A stretch of 64,000 bases of DNA from Kiloniellales bacterium. Its GTDB lineage: Bacteria > Pseudomonadota > Alphaproteobacteria > Kiloniellales > JAKSDN01. This document shows, piece after piece, positions 45,998 to 55,161 of the stretch. The stretch is from NCBI GenBank assembly GCA_030064845.1, contig JASJEC010000005.1, positions 61,451 through 125,450 on the forward strand. Direction: 5' to 3'. Positions within the stretch are counted from its first letter, which is position 1. Each line of letters begins with the position of its first letter. The notes beneath the pieces are model-generated. The model saw nothing but the letters and a program-made list of their open reading frames with translations, did not search any database and was not told where the DNA came from. The position numbers and the translations under genes are program-made.

Positions 45998-46855
45998 TCA
46001 AGCGTTATGGCCGTTGAAGGGCCCGATCTTGCGGGTGCGATGCTCGACCTGGAAGACGTTGCTGTAGAGGTGGGCGATCCACTGCTTGCCCTCGGTGGTC
46101 AGGTTCAGGAGGTGCAGCGCGGTCTGGATGTAGGGCTCGACCTTGTTCCAAAAGAACTCGGGATAGGCGTCGGCCAGATCGCTCGGCGTCTCGTACCCGA
46201 GCGCGTCGTTGACGCCGATTTCGGCGAACTCGTGGAACAGGGCATTGTTCTTGCGGTGATAGAAGGGGTCGGCCAGCTGGCCGATCAGGTCGGCCGCCCT
46301 CACCAGACCGGCCTCGGTATCGGTCTCCTGGTGGTCTTCGTCGTCGGGGATCGGGAAGCGGGTCAACTCGATGGCGCGGGCGATCCGTTCCGCGTCGAGG
46401 AACGGTGAGGGGCCGAGTCGTTCGCGCATGTAGATCTTGCCCCGCTCGATGTGATAGGGGCCCAGGAAGGCGTCGGAGGCGCCGCGCGGCGGAGTCACCC
46501 GGCCGCCGTTTTCGTCGATTACGAGGCTGTCGTCCCGATCCTCGCGGCACACCCCGCGGACATAGCCGATGTCGTGGGCGAGCGTCGCGAAGGTGAAGTG
46601 CAGCCAGTCTTCCGGCGTGACGCGGGTGACCAGCAGGTGTCCGCGCAGAATGTCCTGCCCGACCAGCGTGACCATCATGGTGTGCTCGACGTTGTGGTAG
46701 AGCGCGTCGCTATTGCCGATCCGTTCCAGCACGAGGTGCGCTGCGCCGCCCAGGATGGCGGCATACTCCGGCTTCTGGTCCCTGAAATACTGCAGGTAGG
46801 TGTCGCGCAGCACGTCACCGAGCGCGTCCGACGATAGCATCACAGGATTGATCAT
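45998..46855 (-). CDS. HD-domain metal-dependent phosphohydrolase (unknown substrate)
   Basis: YHNVEHTMMV ... LATLAHDIGYVRG ... RAADLIGQLADP. Confidence 0.7.
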   Translation of the reverse strand: MINPVMLSSDALGDVLRDTYLQYFRDQKPEYAAILGGAAHLVLERIGNSDALYHNVEHTMMVTLVGQDILRGHLLVTRVTPEDWLHFTFATLAHDIGYVRGVCREDRDDSLVIDENGGRVTPPRGASDAFLGPYHIERGKIYMRERLGPSPFLDAERIARAIELTRFPIPDDEDHQETDTEAGLVRAADLIGQLADPFYHRKNNALFHEFAEIGVNDALGYETPSDLADAYPEFFWNKVEPYIQTALHLLNLTTEGKQWIAHLYSNVFQVEHRTRKIGPFNGHNA

Positions 46856-47003
46856 GGCCTTGCCGTCCTTTCAAGCGGCGGTGGTTCAAGACACCGGGTT
46901 CGGCCAGTCCTGCTGTTGGCGCTGCTAGAAGAGTAACGCCAGTCCGTTCGTCCCACCTAGATGAATCTTGCCCCGGTGCCCGACTCTCGATCGGCTGCGA
47001 GGC

Positions 47004-47909
47004 TTAAAGGCGCGCCTGAACCTCGGCGCTCCGCAGGTGCTCGACCAGGTGGTCGACCACGGCCCGGACGCGTGCCGAGGTCTGGCCCGCCTCCTTGTGC
47101 ACGACGTGAATTGGCAGCGGCGCCGGAGCGTAGGCGTCGAGCAGGGTCTTCAGCGTGCCGCGCGCGCGCTGATCGGCGATCATGTAGGACAGGACCCGCG
47201 TGATGCCGCGCCCCGCCTCGGCGGCGAGGATGGCCGCGTCGGCCGAGTTCACCAGGAGGCGCGACCCGGTGCGCACCGCCCGGCCCTGGCCCTCCTGCTG
47301 GAAGCTCCAGCCGCCGCCCGTCGCGAGATGCATGAAATCGATCGTCTCGTGATCGCCGAGATCCTCCGGTGCCTCGGGCCTTCCCCGCGCCGCCAGATAG
47401 GCCGGCGACGCGCAGAGCACCGGGCGCACTTGGCCGACGCGGACCGCCGAGAGCCCGGAGTCGGGGAGTTCCGCGATCCTGATCGCCACGTCGACGCCCT
47501 CGTTCATCAGGTGGACGACCCGGTCCAGGTAGAGCGTGGTGATCGAGAGCGCCGGATGGCGGTCGAGGAGGTCGAGCAGGATGGGCATCAGAATGTCGCG
47601 GCCGAACAGAAGGGAGGCGGTCACCGTGACGCGGCCGCTGGGCGCGTCGTGGATCCCGGCGGCCTGGCGGTCCGCGTCCGCGACCTCGGCCAGGATTCGC
47701 CGGCAGTCCGCGAGGTAGCGCCGACCCGCCTCGGTCAGTCCGACCGTGCGCGTGGTTCGGAACAGCAGGCGCGCGCCGAGCCGCGCCTCGAGCGCCGACA
47801 CCGCGCGGGTGACCGAAGGAGCGGACATGCCGAGCCGGCGCGCCGCCGGCGCGAAGCCGTTCTCTTCCGCGACCGCGACGAAGGCGGCCATGGTCTGAAA
47901 CCGGTCCAT
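47004..47909 (-). CDS. LysR-family transcriptional regulator
   Basis: N-terminal HTH MDRFQTMAAFVAVAEENGFAPAARRLGMSAPSVTRAVSALEARLG plus a substrate-binding domain. Confidence 0.9.
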   Translation of the reverse strand: MDRFQTMAAFVAVAEENGFAPAARRLGMSAPSVTRAVSALEARLGARLLFRTTRTVGLTEAGRRYLADCRRILAEVADADRQAAGIHDAPSGRVTVTASLLFGRDILMPILLDLLDRHPALSITTLYLDRVVHLMNEGVDVAIRIAELPDSGLSAVRVGQVRPVLCASPAYLAARGRPEAPEDLGDHETIDFMHLATGGGWSFQQEGQGRAVRTGSRLLVNSADAAILAAEAGRGITRVLSYMIADQRARGTLKTLLDAYAPAPLPIHVVHKEAGQTSARVRAVVDHLVEHLRSAEVQARL

Positions 47910-47912
47910 GGA

Positions 47913-47933
47913 TTATTGCCCAAATTGGAATAA
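47913..47933. promoter_or_regulatory. LTTR-type dyad TTATT-N11-AATAA in the LysR/VOC divergent spacer
   Basis: ttattgcccaaattggaataa, immediately upstream of the LysR start; fits the T-N11-A rule. Confidence 0.4.
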
Positions 47934-48055
47934 TTAATTGCCAACTATGCCTATTCCTATTCTTTGTGGAAAGGGCCATGTCTCTTCTCGTAACGCGAAC
48001 GAACCGCCGCGGCGGCCCGCACGCCGGCCGCGCAGAACCGGAGAGGAGCTGAGTT

Positions 48056-48466
48056 ATGTCGAGCGAACCCCTTACCCGAGGCGCCCACCACATCGGCCTC
48101 ACCGTGCCCGATCTGCCTGCGACCCGCGGGTTCTTCATCGAGACCCTCGGGTTCTCCCAGGTCGGCGAAGTCGCGGATTACCCCGCTGTCTTTCTGACCG
48201 ACGGCACGACGATGGTCACCCTGTGGCAGGCGGAGAATCCGCAGACGGCGGTGCCCTTTGACCGCAAGAACGTGATCGGTCTGCACCATTTCGCCCTAAA
48301 AGTCGGGGACGGCGGCGCGCTCGACGCGCTGCACGGAAAGCTGGCGGATACCGCGGACGTCACCGTCGAGTTCGCGCCGGAGTCCCTGGGCGGTGGGGCG
48401 ACCCGCCACATGATGTGCACGATCCCCGGCGGCATCCGCATGGAGTTCATCGCCCCCGCCGGCTGA
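48056..48466 (+). CDS. VOC/glyoxalase-family protein
   Basis: 136 aa; AHHIGLTVPDL ... GLHHFALKV ... paired beta-alpha-beta-beta-beta pattern. Confidence 0.75.
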   Translation: MSSEPLTRGAHHIGLTVPDLPATRGFFIETLGFSQVGEVADYPAVFLTDGTTMVTLWQAENPQTAVPFDRKNVIGLHHFALKVGDGGALDALHGKLADTADVTVEFAPESLGGGATRHMMCTIPGGIRMEFIAPAG

Positions 48467-48495
48467 GGCGGGATGACTTGGAACTGGAGAGCGTC

Positions 48496-50586
48496 ATGGC
48501 GAGCGACGGAGCATCCCCCTTCCACCCCGGAGAGCGGCAGGTCCAGGAACGGCTCGGAGTCCGTGACAAGATCGAGGACTTCGCCCGGCGCGTGGTGCGC
48601 GACCACATGCCCGACCAGCACCGCGACTTCTATGGCGAGCTGCCCTTCCTAATGCTCGGCACGGTCGACCGCCAGGGCAGGCCCTGGGCCTCGCTGGTCG
48701 CCGGCGGGCCGGGCTTCGTCTCGACGCCCGACGCGCGGACCCTGGCCGTTGCCGCGGCGCCCCTGTCCGGCGATCCGCTGCAGGAGACGCTGCAGCCCGG
48801 CGCCGACGTCGGAGTTCTCGGCATCCAGCTCGAGACGCGGCGCAGGAACCGGATCACCGGCAAGATCGCCTCGGTCGGGCCGGAGGGCTTCGAGATCGCC
48901 GTCGGTCAGGCCTTCGGGAACTGCCCGCAGTACATCCAGACCCGCGCGGTCTCGATGCGGCCAGATCGCGCGAGCGGCGCGGCGCCACCGCCTCCCGTTC
49001 GGTCGGACCGCTTCGACGAGCGCACCCGCGCCCTGATCGAAGCGGCCGATACGCTGTTCATCGCCACGGCTTACGCGGAAGACCCTGACACGCCGACCCA
49101 GGGGGCCGATGTCTCGCACCGCGGCGGCAAGCCGGGCTTCGTGCGCATCGAGGACGACCGCGGCTTCGAGTTTCCCGATTTCTCGGGCAACAACCATTTC
49201 AACACGGTCGGCAACATCCTGCTCAACCCGAAGGCCGGCTTCCTTTTCCTCGATTTCGAGACCGGCGACTACGTCACCATGAGCGGTTCGGCGGAGATCG
49301 TCTGGGAAGGCGACGAGGTCAAGGCCTTCACCGGCGCCGAGCGCCTGATCCGCTTCCGCGCCGAGACCGTGATCCGGGTCGAGGGCGGCCTGCCGCTCCG
49401 CTTCGACTTCGACAGCTATTCGCCCATGCTGGCCCATACGGGAAGTTGGGCGCGGGCCGCCGAGGCCATCGCGGCCGAGCGGGAGCGCAACCAGTACCTC
49501 GCCTATGACGTTGTCGACATCAGGCAGGAGAGCCAGGCGATCAAGTCCTTCACCCTGCGCCGGGCCGACGGCAAGGCCCCGGCCGGCTACGAGCCGGGCC
49601 AGTACCTGCCGATCCGCGTCCAGCTTCCGGGCACGGACTCGCCCGCGCTGCGCACCTACACCGTGTCCCAGGCGCCCGACGGCGAGACCTATCGCCTCTC
49701 GGTGAAGCGCGAGGGGGGCGACGCGCTGGTCTCCCAGTTTCTGCACGACCGGGTCGAGACCGGCTTCCGTCTCGAAGCCATGGCGCCGCGCGGCCACTTC
49801 GTGCTGGACCGAGCGAGCGAACGCCCCGTGGTGCTGATTTCCGGCGGGGTGGGGATAACGCCGATGATGGCCATGGTGGAATCGATCGTGCAGGAGGCGG
49901 CGCGCACCCGGAACCGACGCCCGACCTACTTCGTACACGGCGCGCGGAACGGCGGGCTCCTGGCTTTCGGCGCGCGTCTTCGGATGCTCGCCGAGGAGAA
50001 CGATTTCCTCACGACCCACATCCGTTTCAGCGACCCCGGCCCCGGCGACCGCCTCGGCGAGAGCCACGACAGCGAGGGACGGGTCGACGTCGGCCTGCTG
50101 AAATCGCTGCTGCCGCTGGACGACTACGACTTCTACCTCTGCGGCCCGGCGGCCTTCATGCAGGCGCTCTACGACGGCCTGGTCGGCCTGGGGATTCGGG
50201 ATGAGCGGATCCACTACGAGTCCTTCGGCCCTGCCACGGTCTTGAAGCACGACCCCGAGCCGGCGCGGCCGCCGGCCACGGGGAAGACGGTCGACGGACC
50301 CGTGGCCGTGCGTTTCGCCGAGTCCGAGTCCGAGGCCGAATGGTCGCCGGAAAAGGGAACGCTGCTGGAACTGGCCGAGCAGGCGGGGCTGGCACCGGCC
50401 TTCTCCTGCCGGAGCGGAGTCTGCGGCACCTGCGCGACCCGCATGCTCTGCGGCGCGGTCGACTACCTCGAGGAACCGAGCGGGCCGAGAGCCGACGACG
50501 AGGTGCTGATCTGCTGCGCGACGCCGCGGCCCGGCGCCGGCGCCGCCTCCTGCGGCGAGGACCAGGGAGTCGTGCTCGCTCTCTAG
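48496..50586 (+). CDS. Three-domain oxidoreductase: PNPOx-like FMN domain + FNR-like FAD/NAD(P) domain + 2Fe-2S ferredoxin
   Basis: N-terminus FHPGERQVQERLG... and GGKPGFVRI. RTYTVS and VLISGGVGITPMMAM. C-terminus CRSGVCGTCATRMLCG. ATG 48496. The TAG stop is part of the repeat terminus. Confidence 0.8.
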   Translation: MASDGASPFHPGERQVQERLGVRDKIEDFARRVVRDHMPDQHRDFYGELPFLMLGTVDRQGRPWASLVAGGPGFVSTPDARTLAVAAAPLSGDPLQETLQPGADVGVLGIQLETRRRNRITGKIASVGPEGFEIAVGQAFGNCPQYIQTRAVSMRPDRASGAAPPPPVRSDRFDERTRALIEAADTLFIATAYAEDPDTPTQGADVSHRGGKPGFVRIEDDRGFEFPDFSGNNHFNTVGNILLNPKAGFLFLDFETGDYVTMSGSAEIVWEGDEVKAFTGAERLIRFRAETVIRVEGGLPLRFDFDSYSPMLAHTGSWARAAEAIAAERERNQYLAYDVVDIRQESQAIKSFTLRRADGKAPAGYEPGQYLPIRVQLPGTDSPALRTYTVSQAPDGETYRLSVKREGGDALVSQFLHDRVETGFRLEAMAPRGHFVLDRASERPVVLISGGVGITPMMAMVESIVQEAARTRNRRPTYFVHGARNGGLLAFGARLRMLAEENDFLTTHIRFSDPGPGDRLGESHDSEGRVDVGLLKSLLPLDDYDFYLCGPAAFMQALYDGLVGLGIRDERIHYESFGPATVLKHDPEPARPPATGKTVDGPVAVRFAESESEAEWSPEKGTLLELAEQAGLAPAFSCRSGVCGTCATRMLCGAVDYLEEPSGPRADDEVLICCATPRPGAGAASCGEDQGVVLAL

Positions 50587-50725
50587 AGCGGATCATGTCT
50601 TGACGGAAATGCTTCGCGATTTCGGCAAGAACATGTGAATCCGCTCGATATCAATTTGTTAGAGCAGATTCACCGGATTTGTCGGGTCGCCTTCGGCGAT
50701 TCCGTCAAACTTGGATCTGCTCTAG
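50583..50725. repeat. Twin-hairpin element locus 3 (B unit 50583-50648, 11-bp spacer, A unit 50660-50725)
   Basis: ctagagcggatcatgtcttgacggaaatgcttcgcgatttcggcaagaacatgtgaatccgctcga / tatcaatttgt / tagagcagattcaccggatttgtcgggtcgccttcggcgattccgtcaaacttggatctgctctag. Confidence 0.85.
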
Positions 50726-50819
50726 CCTCGGGGCGGGTCCGGTGATTCCCGCGTTGCGGCGGTAGGGCGGCATCGGCTAGGACTTGCGCTGCCTGTTCAT
50801 CGCCCCTGGATGGCGCAGT

Positions 50820-51407
50820 ATGAACCTGGAGCTCCCGACCGAACGCCTGCTGCTGCGGCCCCTCGCGGAGTCCGACCTGGACGTGGCCCTCGCAGTGCTC
50901 ACCGATCCCGAGGTCATGCGCTACGTGGTTGAACCCTTCGCGCGGGAGCGGGTGGTCGCCGAGATGCAGGTCGCGGTCCGCCGCGGCGGGGGCGGGTGCA
51001 TCGGCATCTGGTGCGTCACCCGCCGCGAGACCGGCGAGAAGCTGGGCACCGCCGTCCTCCTGCCGCTGCCGATCGAGGAGGAGGACACCAACTGGGACCT
51101 GGTCGGCGGACTCGACATCCCGGACGGCGAGATCGAGGTCGGCTACCTGCTGAAGAAGTCCGCCTGGGGGCGGGGCTACGCCACGGAGACGGCGCGGCGC
51201 CTGCTGCGCTTCGCCTTCGAGGACACGCCCCTCGAGGAGGTGGTCGCGGTGACCGATCCGGACAACCATGCCTCCCAGCGGGTGCTGCGTAAGAGCGGCA
51301 TGATCGACGAGGGCCTGCGCCGCGCCTATGCCGGCGAGACTTCCGGCTTTCGCGCGCGGCGCGGCGACTGGCTCGACTGGCGCCGCCGTGAGCTCGGAGA
51401 GCCATGA
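50820..51407 (+). CDS. GNAT N-acetyltransferase (RimJ/RimL-like)
   Basis: TERLLLRPLAESDLD ... YLLKKSAWGRGYATETARRLLRFAFE; ATG 50820. Confidence 0.8.
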   Translation: MNLELPTERLLLRPLAESDLDVALAVLTDPEVMRYVVEPFARERVVAEMQVAVRRGGGGCIGIWCVTRRETGEKLGTAVLLPLPIEEEDTNWDLVGGLDIPDGEIEVGYLLKKSAWGRGYATETARRLLRFAFEDTPLEEVVAVTDPDNHASQRVLRKSGMIDEGLRRAYAGETSGFRARRGDWLDWRRRELGEP

Positions 51408-51671
51408 GCCGGGAGCAACTGCCGCGGTGGGAACACCTCGGACCTGCCCGACTGGCCAGGCCATTTCCTACTCGCCGATAGCCGCTTCGTCGAGGAGCCG
51501 CCCTGGGAGAACGAGTTCATCGCCTTGCCGGTCAAGGCCGAGCGGGATGACCGGAGCAACGAAGCGCTGATATGCCAGGAGGGTGATTGCTCGGCCTGCG
51601 GCGCCAGTATCCGGAGCTGGTCGAAGCGCGCCGAGTGCCCGGTCTGTGGCGAGACCGTGGGCTGTACCTGA
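51404..51671 (+). CDS. Small zinc-ribbon ORF with unresolved start (needs TGA read-through, a +1 shift, or a non-canonical start)
   Basis: The frame open over 51408-51671 encodes ...SDLPDWPGHFLLADSRFVEEPPWENEFIALPVKAERDDRSNEALICQEGDCSACGASIRSWSKRAECPVCGETVGCT with strongly G/C-ending codons. The first canonical in-frame start is TTG 51525. Confidence 0.4.
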
Positions 51672-51677
51672 AACAGC

Positions 51678-53075
51678 TCAACCATCGTCGTTGCTGGCAT
51701 AGAGCGTGCTCTCAACTCCGAAATAGCCGTCCCAGGCGAACCAGTAGCTCACGTGGCCGGGGACCCGCGCCAGGCGGGTGCCGCCGGGTCCAACCAGTGC
51801 CTCCTCCTCGATGCTCCAGGTGCCTTCCGGGCTCTCCAGACGGTCCGCCGCGTCGCCCTCGGCGAAGCTGATGCTGCCGCGCTCGTAGGCGCGCACGGTG
51901 CGGGTCTCGGCGTCGCCGACAAGGACGATGTTGCGCTCGCCGATCCGGTCGTTGATGACCGCCTGCTCGCGGAAAGCTTCGACCGGCCAAGCCCGGGCGA
52001 CGCCGACGTCACGGACGCCGAAGACGTAGTCCTTGCGCACCAGCCGCTCCTCGTCGCGCACGATCGCCGGGAACATGAGGTCGGGGCTGGCGAAGTAGTC
52101 CCGGTAGACGACGCCGGGGCCGTAGTCGCGGCTGAAGCCGGTCTCCAGGGAGAGGACCCGGGTTCGGGGATGGCGCTGCCGCCACTTGGCCCAGGAGGTA
52201 ATCGCCATGGGACGCACCTTCAGGGCGATCCCGCTGTCGGCCAGGGGCCCGGTGACCGGCTCGCCGGTGAACTGGTTCCACAGGCTGTCGGTCTCGCGGT
52301 CGAACATCAGCTTGTTCGAGCGGTAGAGAAAGCCGGAGGAGCCGAAGACGAAGGGCTCCGCCCGGCCGGGGACCTGGGTCTCGAACAGGATCCCGGCGCC
52401 GCAGAGCGTGCAGTAGGCGAGGGCGACCGGGACGCCGCCGATCACCTCGTTGAACATCTCGTGCCAGCCCATGATTCGCAGGGGGTAGGCGCGGGCGTCG
52501 CCGTTGATCTCGACGCCGAAGACGAGGTCGTCGTCCAGCAGGTAGCCGGCCTCGTCAGCGGCGAGGAGCGGCGGATTGTCGAGCGACGGGATGCCGTCGA
52601 CCGCGACGCCGCCCCAGGTGATCTCCTCCAGCCGGATCCTCATGTTCTCGGGGCGCCCGCGCTCCTCGCCGAGGAAGCGCAGGAAGCGCGGGTCGATCCG
52701 CTCGAAGATGCCGAGCTTCAATGCGCGGTAGCTCGGGTGGGGCATCACTTCGGGATGTGCTTCCTGCCACAGCATGGCCTCGTGCCAGCTCGCGATCTCC
52801 TCGCCGGTGAGCGCTTCCAGCGCCTCGAGCAGGGCCGGGTCGTTCCGCGTATAGCGGGTGGCCAGGATGAGCGACGGCACGATGTCGCGTTTGCCGCGCG
52901 CGACCAGCGCGTCCAGCGCCTGGTCGCGATCGGCAGAACGGCCGAAGACGGCCCGCTCGGCGAGCGCGCCGACCTCCGCATCGCTCGGGGACGGCGCTTC
53001 CGCCTGCGCCGCCGTTGCAGCGATGCCGAAACAGAGGATCGCCGCGGACAGCCGACTCGTAACTCTACCGCTCAT
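51678..53075 (-). CDS. DUF3179-family periplasmic protein
   Basis: Signal peptide; ARAYPLRIMGWHEMFNEVIGGVPVALAYCTLCGAGILF...GSSGFLYRSNKLMFDRETDSLWNQ matches the DUF3179 pattern. Confidence 0.75.
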   Translation of the reverse strand: MSGRVTSRLSAAILCFGIAATAAQAEAPSPSDAEVGALAERAVFGRSADRDQALDALVARGKRDIVPSLILATRYTRNDPALLEALEALTGEEIASWHEAMLWQEAHPEVMPHPSYRALKLGIFERIDPRFLRFLGEERGRPENMRIRLEEITWGGVAVDGIPSLDNPPLLAADEAGYLLDDDLVFGVEINGDARAYPLRIMGWHEMFNEVIGGVPVALAYCTLCGAGILFETQVPGRAEPFVFGSSGFLYRSNKLMFDRETDSLWNQFTGEPVTGPLADSGIALKVRPMAITSWAKWRQRHPRTRVLSLETGFSRDYGPGVVYRDYFASPDLMFPAIVRDEERLVRKDYVFGVRDVGVARAWPVEAFREQAVINDRIGERNIVLVGDAETRTVRAYERGSISFAEGDAADRLESPEGTWSIEEEALVGPGGTRLARVPGHVSYWFAWDGYFGVESTLYASNDDG

Positions 53076-53290
53076 GTGGGCCTCCCATCGTCATGAGCTT
53101 GGCATATGGCGAGCCAGACGGCCGAACCGAGGCCGCTTCACCGGCTTGTGTGCGGATTTGAAGGCCGCGCGCGCGACTTCGCCGGTTTGCCGGGAAACGA
53201 GAATGTCGCAGCCACGGAGACCGCCACGCTGCTATACTCCCGCGCTTCGGGGCCGGTCGGCCGCGGTGAAAGAAGATTGAGGAGGCAGGT

Positions 53291-54886
53291 ATGGACAAGC
53301 TCAGGCAACTGGAACGCGCGCTGGCGGAGAACCGCATCAGCCGCCGCGATTTCCTGGCGCAGGCGACCGCTCTGGCGGGCGGCGCGGCGCTTTCCACCGC
53401 GCTGATCAGCGGCGAGGCGCTCGCGGCCACGCCCAAGCGGGGCGGCACGGTCAAGATCGGCTGTTCGGGCGCGAACACCTCGGACAGCTGGGACGGCGGG
53501 ACCCACTCAGACATCTTCATGCAGATGGCCGCCCACGGTATGGTCTTCGACTGCCTGACCGAGGTCCGGGCCGACGGCTCTCTGGCCGGGGAGCTGGCCG
53601 AGAGCTGGGATGCCTCGGACGACGCGACGATCTGGACTTTCAAGCTTAAGAAGGGCGTCGAATTCCACAACGGCAAGTCCTTCGGCGCGGACGACGTCAT
53701 CGAGTCGCTGCAACACCACGTCAGCGAGACCTCGAAGTCCGCGGCCAAGCCGATCGTCGCCGCGATCCAGGACATGAAGAAGGACGACGACCACACGGTC
53801 ACCTTCACGCTGAAGAACGGCAACGCCGACTTCCCCTATCTGCTGAGCGACTACCACATCCTGATCTACCCGGCGGGGATGATGGACGAGGCGATTCGCA
53901 AGGGGATCGGAACCGGCGGCTACGTCAGCGAGAACTTCGAGCCGGGCGTGCGCCTGGGCGCCCGCCGCAACGACAACTATCACAAGGCGGACAGCTGCTA
54001 CTTCGATTCCGTGGAGATGCTGGCGATCAACGATCCCAACGCCCGGCAGACCGCCCTGGTGACCGGGCAGGTGCACGTCATCAATCGGGTCGATCTCAAG
54101 ACGGCCCACCTCCTGGAGCGCAACCGAGACGTCGAGATCTTCGAGGTGACGGGCAACCAGCACTTCTCCTATCCGATGCACACCAACAAGGCGCCGTTCG
54201 ACAACAACCACGTGCGCCAGGCGCTGAAGTACGCCTTCGACCGGGAGCAGCTGGTAAAGAAGATCCTGCGCGGCCGCGGCATTCCCGGCAACGACCACCC
54301 GATCGGGCCGGCGAACCAGTACTGGCACAAGGACCTGGAGCAGCGCAGCTACGATCCCGACAAGGCCAAGTTCCATCTGCAGAAGGCCGGGCTCGACTCC
54401 CTGACAATCGACGTATCGGCCTCGGAGGCGGCCTTCGGCGGCGCGGTCGACGCGACGGTGCTCTACAAGGAGACCGCGGCCATGTGCAGCATCAACATCA
54501 ACGTGATCCGCGAGCCCGAGGACGGCTACTGGTCCAACGTCTGGCTCAAGAAGCCCTATGTCGCCTGCTTCTGGTCGGGCCGAGCGACCGAGGACTGGAT
54601 GTTCTCGACCGCCTACGAATCCGGCGTGCCCTGGAACGACTCCTTCTGGCAGCACGAGCGCTTCAACAAGCTCCTGGTAGAGGCGCGGGGAACGCTGGAC
54701 GAGAGCAGGCGCCGCGCGCTCTATCACGAAATGCAGGTGATCGTGCGCGACGAGGGCGGGGTCGCCATCCCGATGTTCGCCAACTGGGTCGACGCCAACT
54801 CCAAGAAGCTGGCGCACCGCGCGGAACTGGGCAACCTCTGGCAGCTCGACGGCGCGCGGCTGGCCGAGCGCTGGTGGTTCGCCTGA
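53291..54886 (+). CDS. Orphan Tat-signal ABC substrate-binding protein, family 5
   Basis: ISRRDFLAQATALAGGAAL twin-arginine signal and a full-length family-5 SBP pattern; no permease or ATPase adjacent. Confidence 0.8.
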   Translation: MDKLRQLERALAENRISRRDFLAQATALAGGAALSTALISGEALAATPKRGGTVKIGCSGANTSDSWDGGTHSDIFMQMAAHGMVFDCLTEVRADGSLAGELAESWDASDDATIWTFKLKKGVEFHNGKSFGADDVIESLQHHVSETSKSAAKPIVAAIQDMKKDDDHTVTFTLKNGNADFPYLLSDYHILIYPAGMMDEAIRKGIGTGGYVSENFEPGVRLGARRNDNYHKADSCYFDSVEMLAINDPNARQTALVTGQVHVINRVDLKTAHLLERNRDVEIFEVTGNQHFSYPMHTNKAPFDNNHVRQALKYAFDREQLVKKILRGRGIPGNDHPIGPANQYWHKDLEQRSYDPDKAKFHLQKAGLDSLTIDVSASEAAFGGAVDATVLYKETAAMCSININVIREPEDGYWSNVWLKKPYVACFWSGRATEDWMFSTAYESGVPWNDSFWQHERFNKLLVEARGTLDESRRRALYHEMQVIVRDEGGVAIPMFANWVDANSKKLAHRAELGNLWQLDGARLAERWWFA

Positions 54887-54935
54887 GGCCTGCGGGGCTC
54901 GGGGCAGCCGACGGCACCTCGAGCCCCTTTCGAGT

Positions 54936-54975
54936 AGAGCGGGACGGCCACGGGAACGGGCGTCCCACTCTTTTT
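54936..54975 (+). terminator. Intrinsic terminator candidate after the SBP gene
   Basis: agagcgggacg - loop - cgtcccactct (11-bp stem, 1 mismatch) followed by TTTTT. A second GC hairpin lies at 54894-54927. Confidence 0.5.
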
Positions 54976-55061
54976 CCTAGAAAACTCTACGCCGCCATTG
55001 CAGTCCCCTGCTAATATCCGGAGTCGCGCGTCTGCGCGTAGAGAGGGGATTAGTGTTACGG

Positions 55062-55076
55062 TTAAGCGAAAATTAA
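55062..55076. promoter_or_regulatory. Perfect CtrA-type box TTAA-N7-TTAA upstream of SDR operon
   Basis: ttaagcgaaaattaa, 86-100 bp upstream of ATG 55162. Confidence 0.4.
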
Positions 55077-55161
55077 CGGGGCCGAGGCAATCTCGGGCTC
55101 GTTCTCTTGGTCCTCTCTTGACCCGCCGGCGCATCCTTTGCCAGGGAAGCCCCGCAATCCC

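Noticed and set aside
45069-46001. 310-aa minus ORF beginning inside the repeat locus
   Set aside because: It is antisense to the alternative oxidase gene, and its C-terminal residues (..MFRWNHFVVAN) are just a translation of the B hairpin.
51405-51407. In-frame TGA between the GNAT and the zinc-ribbon ORF read as selenocysteine
   Set aside because: I saw no convincing SECIS-like stem-loop in the 40 nt downstream, only a 4-bp ggtg/cacc stem. A Sec codon in an inter-domain linker makes no functional sense. I kept the frameshift and read-through alternatives instead.
54934-54990. tagagcgggacgg...ctctttttcctagaaaactcta, which begins and ends like a B unit
   Set aside because: Only 8 nt match the B terminus and the interior is unrelated. 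It is better explained as an ordinary stem-loop plus T-run terminator.
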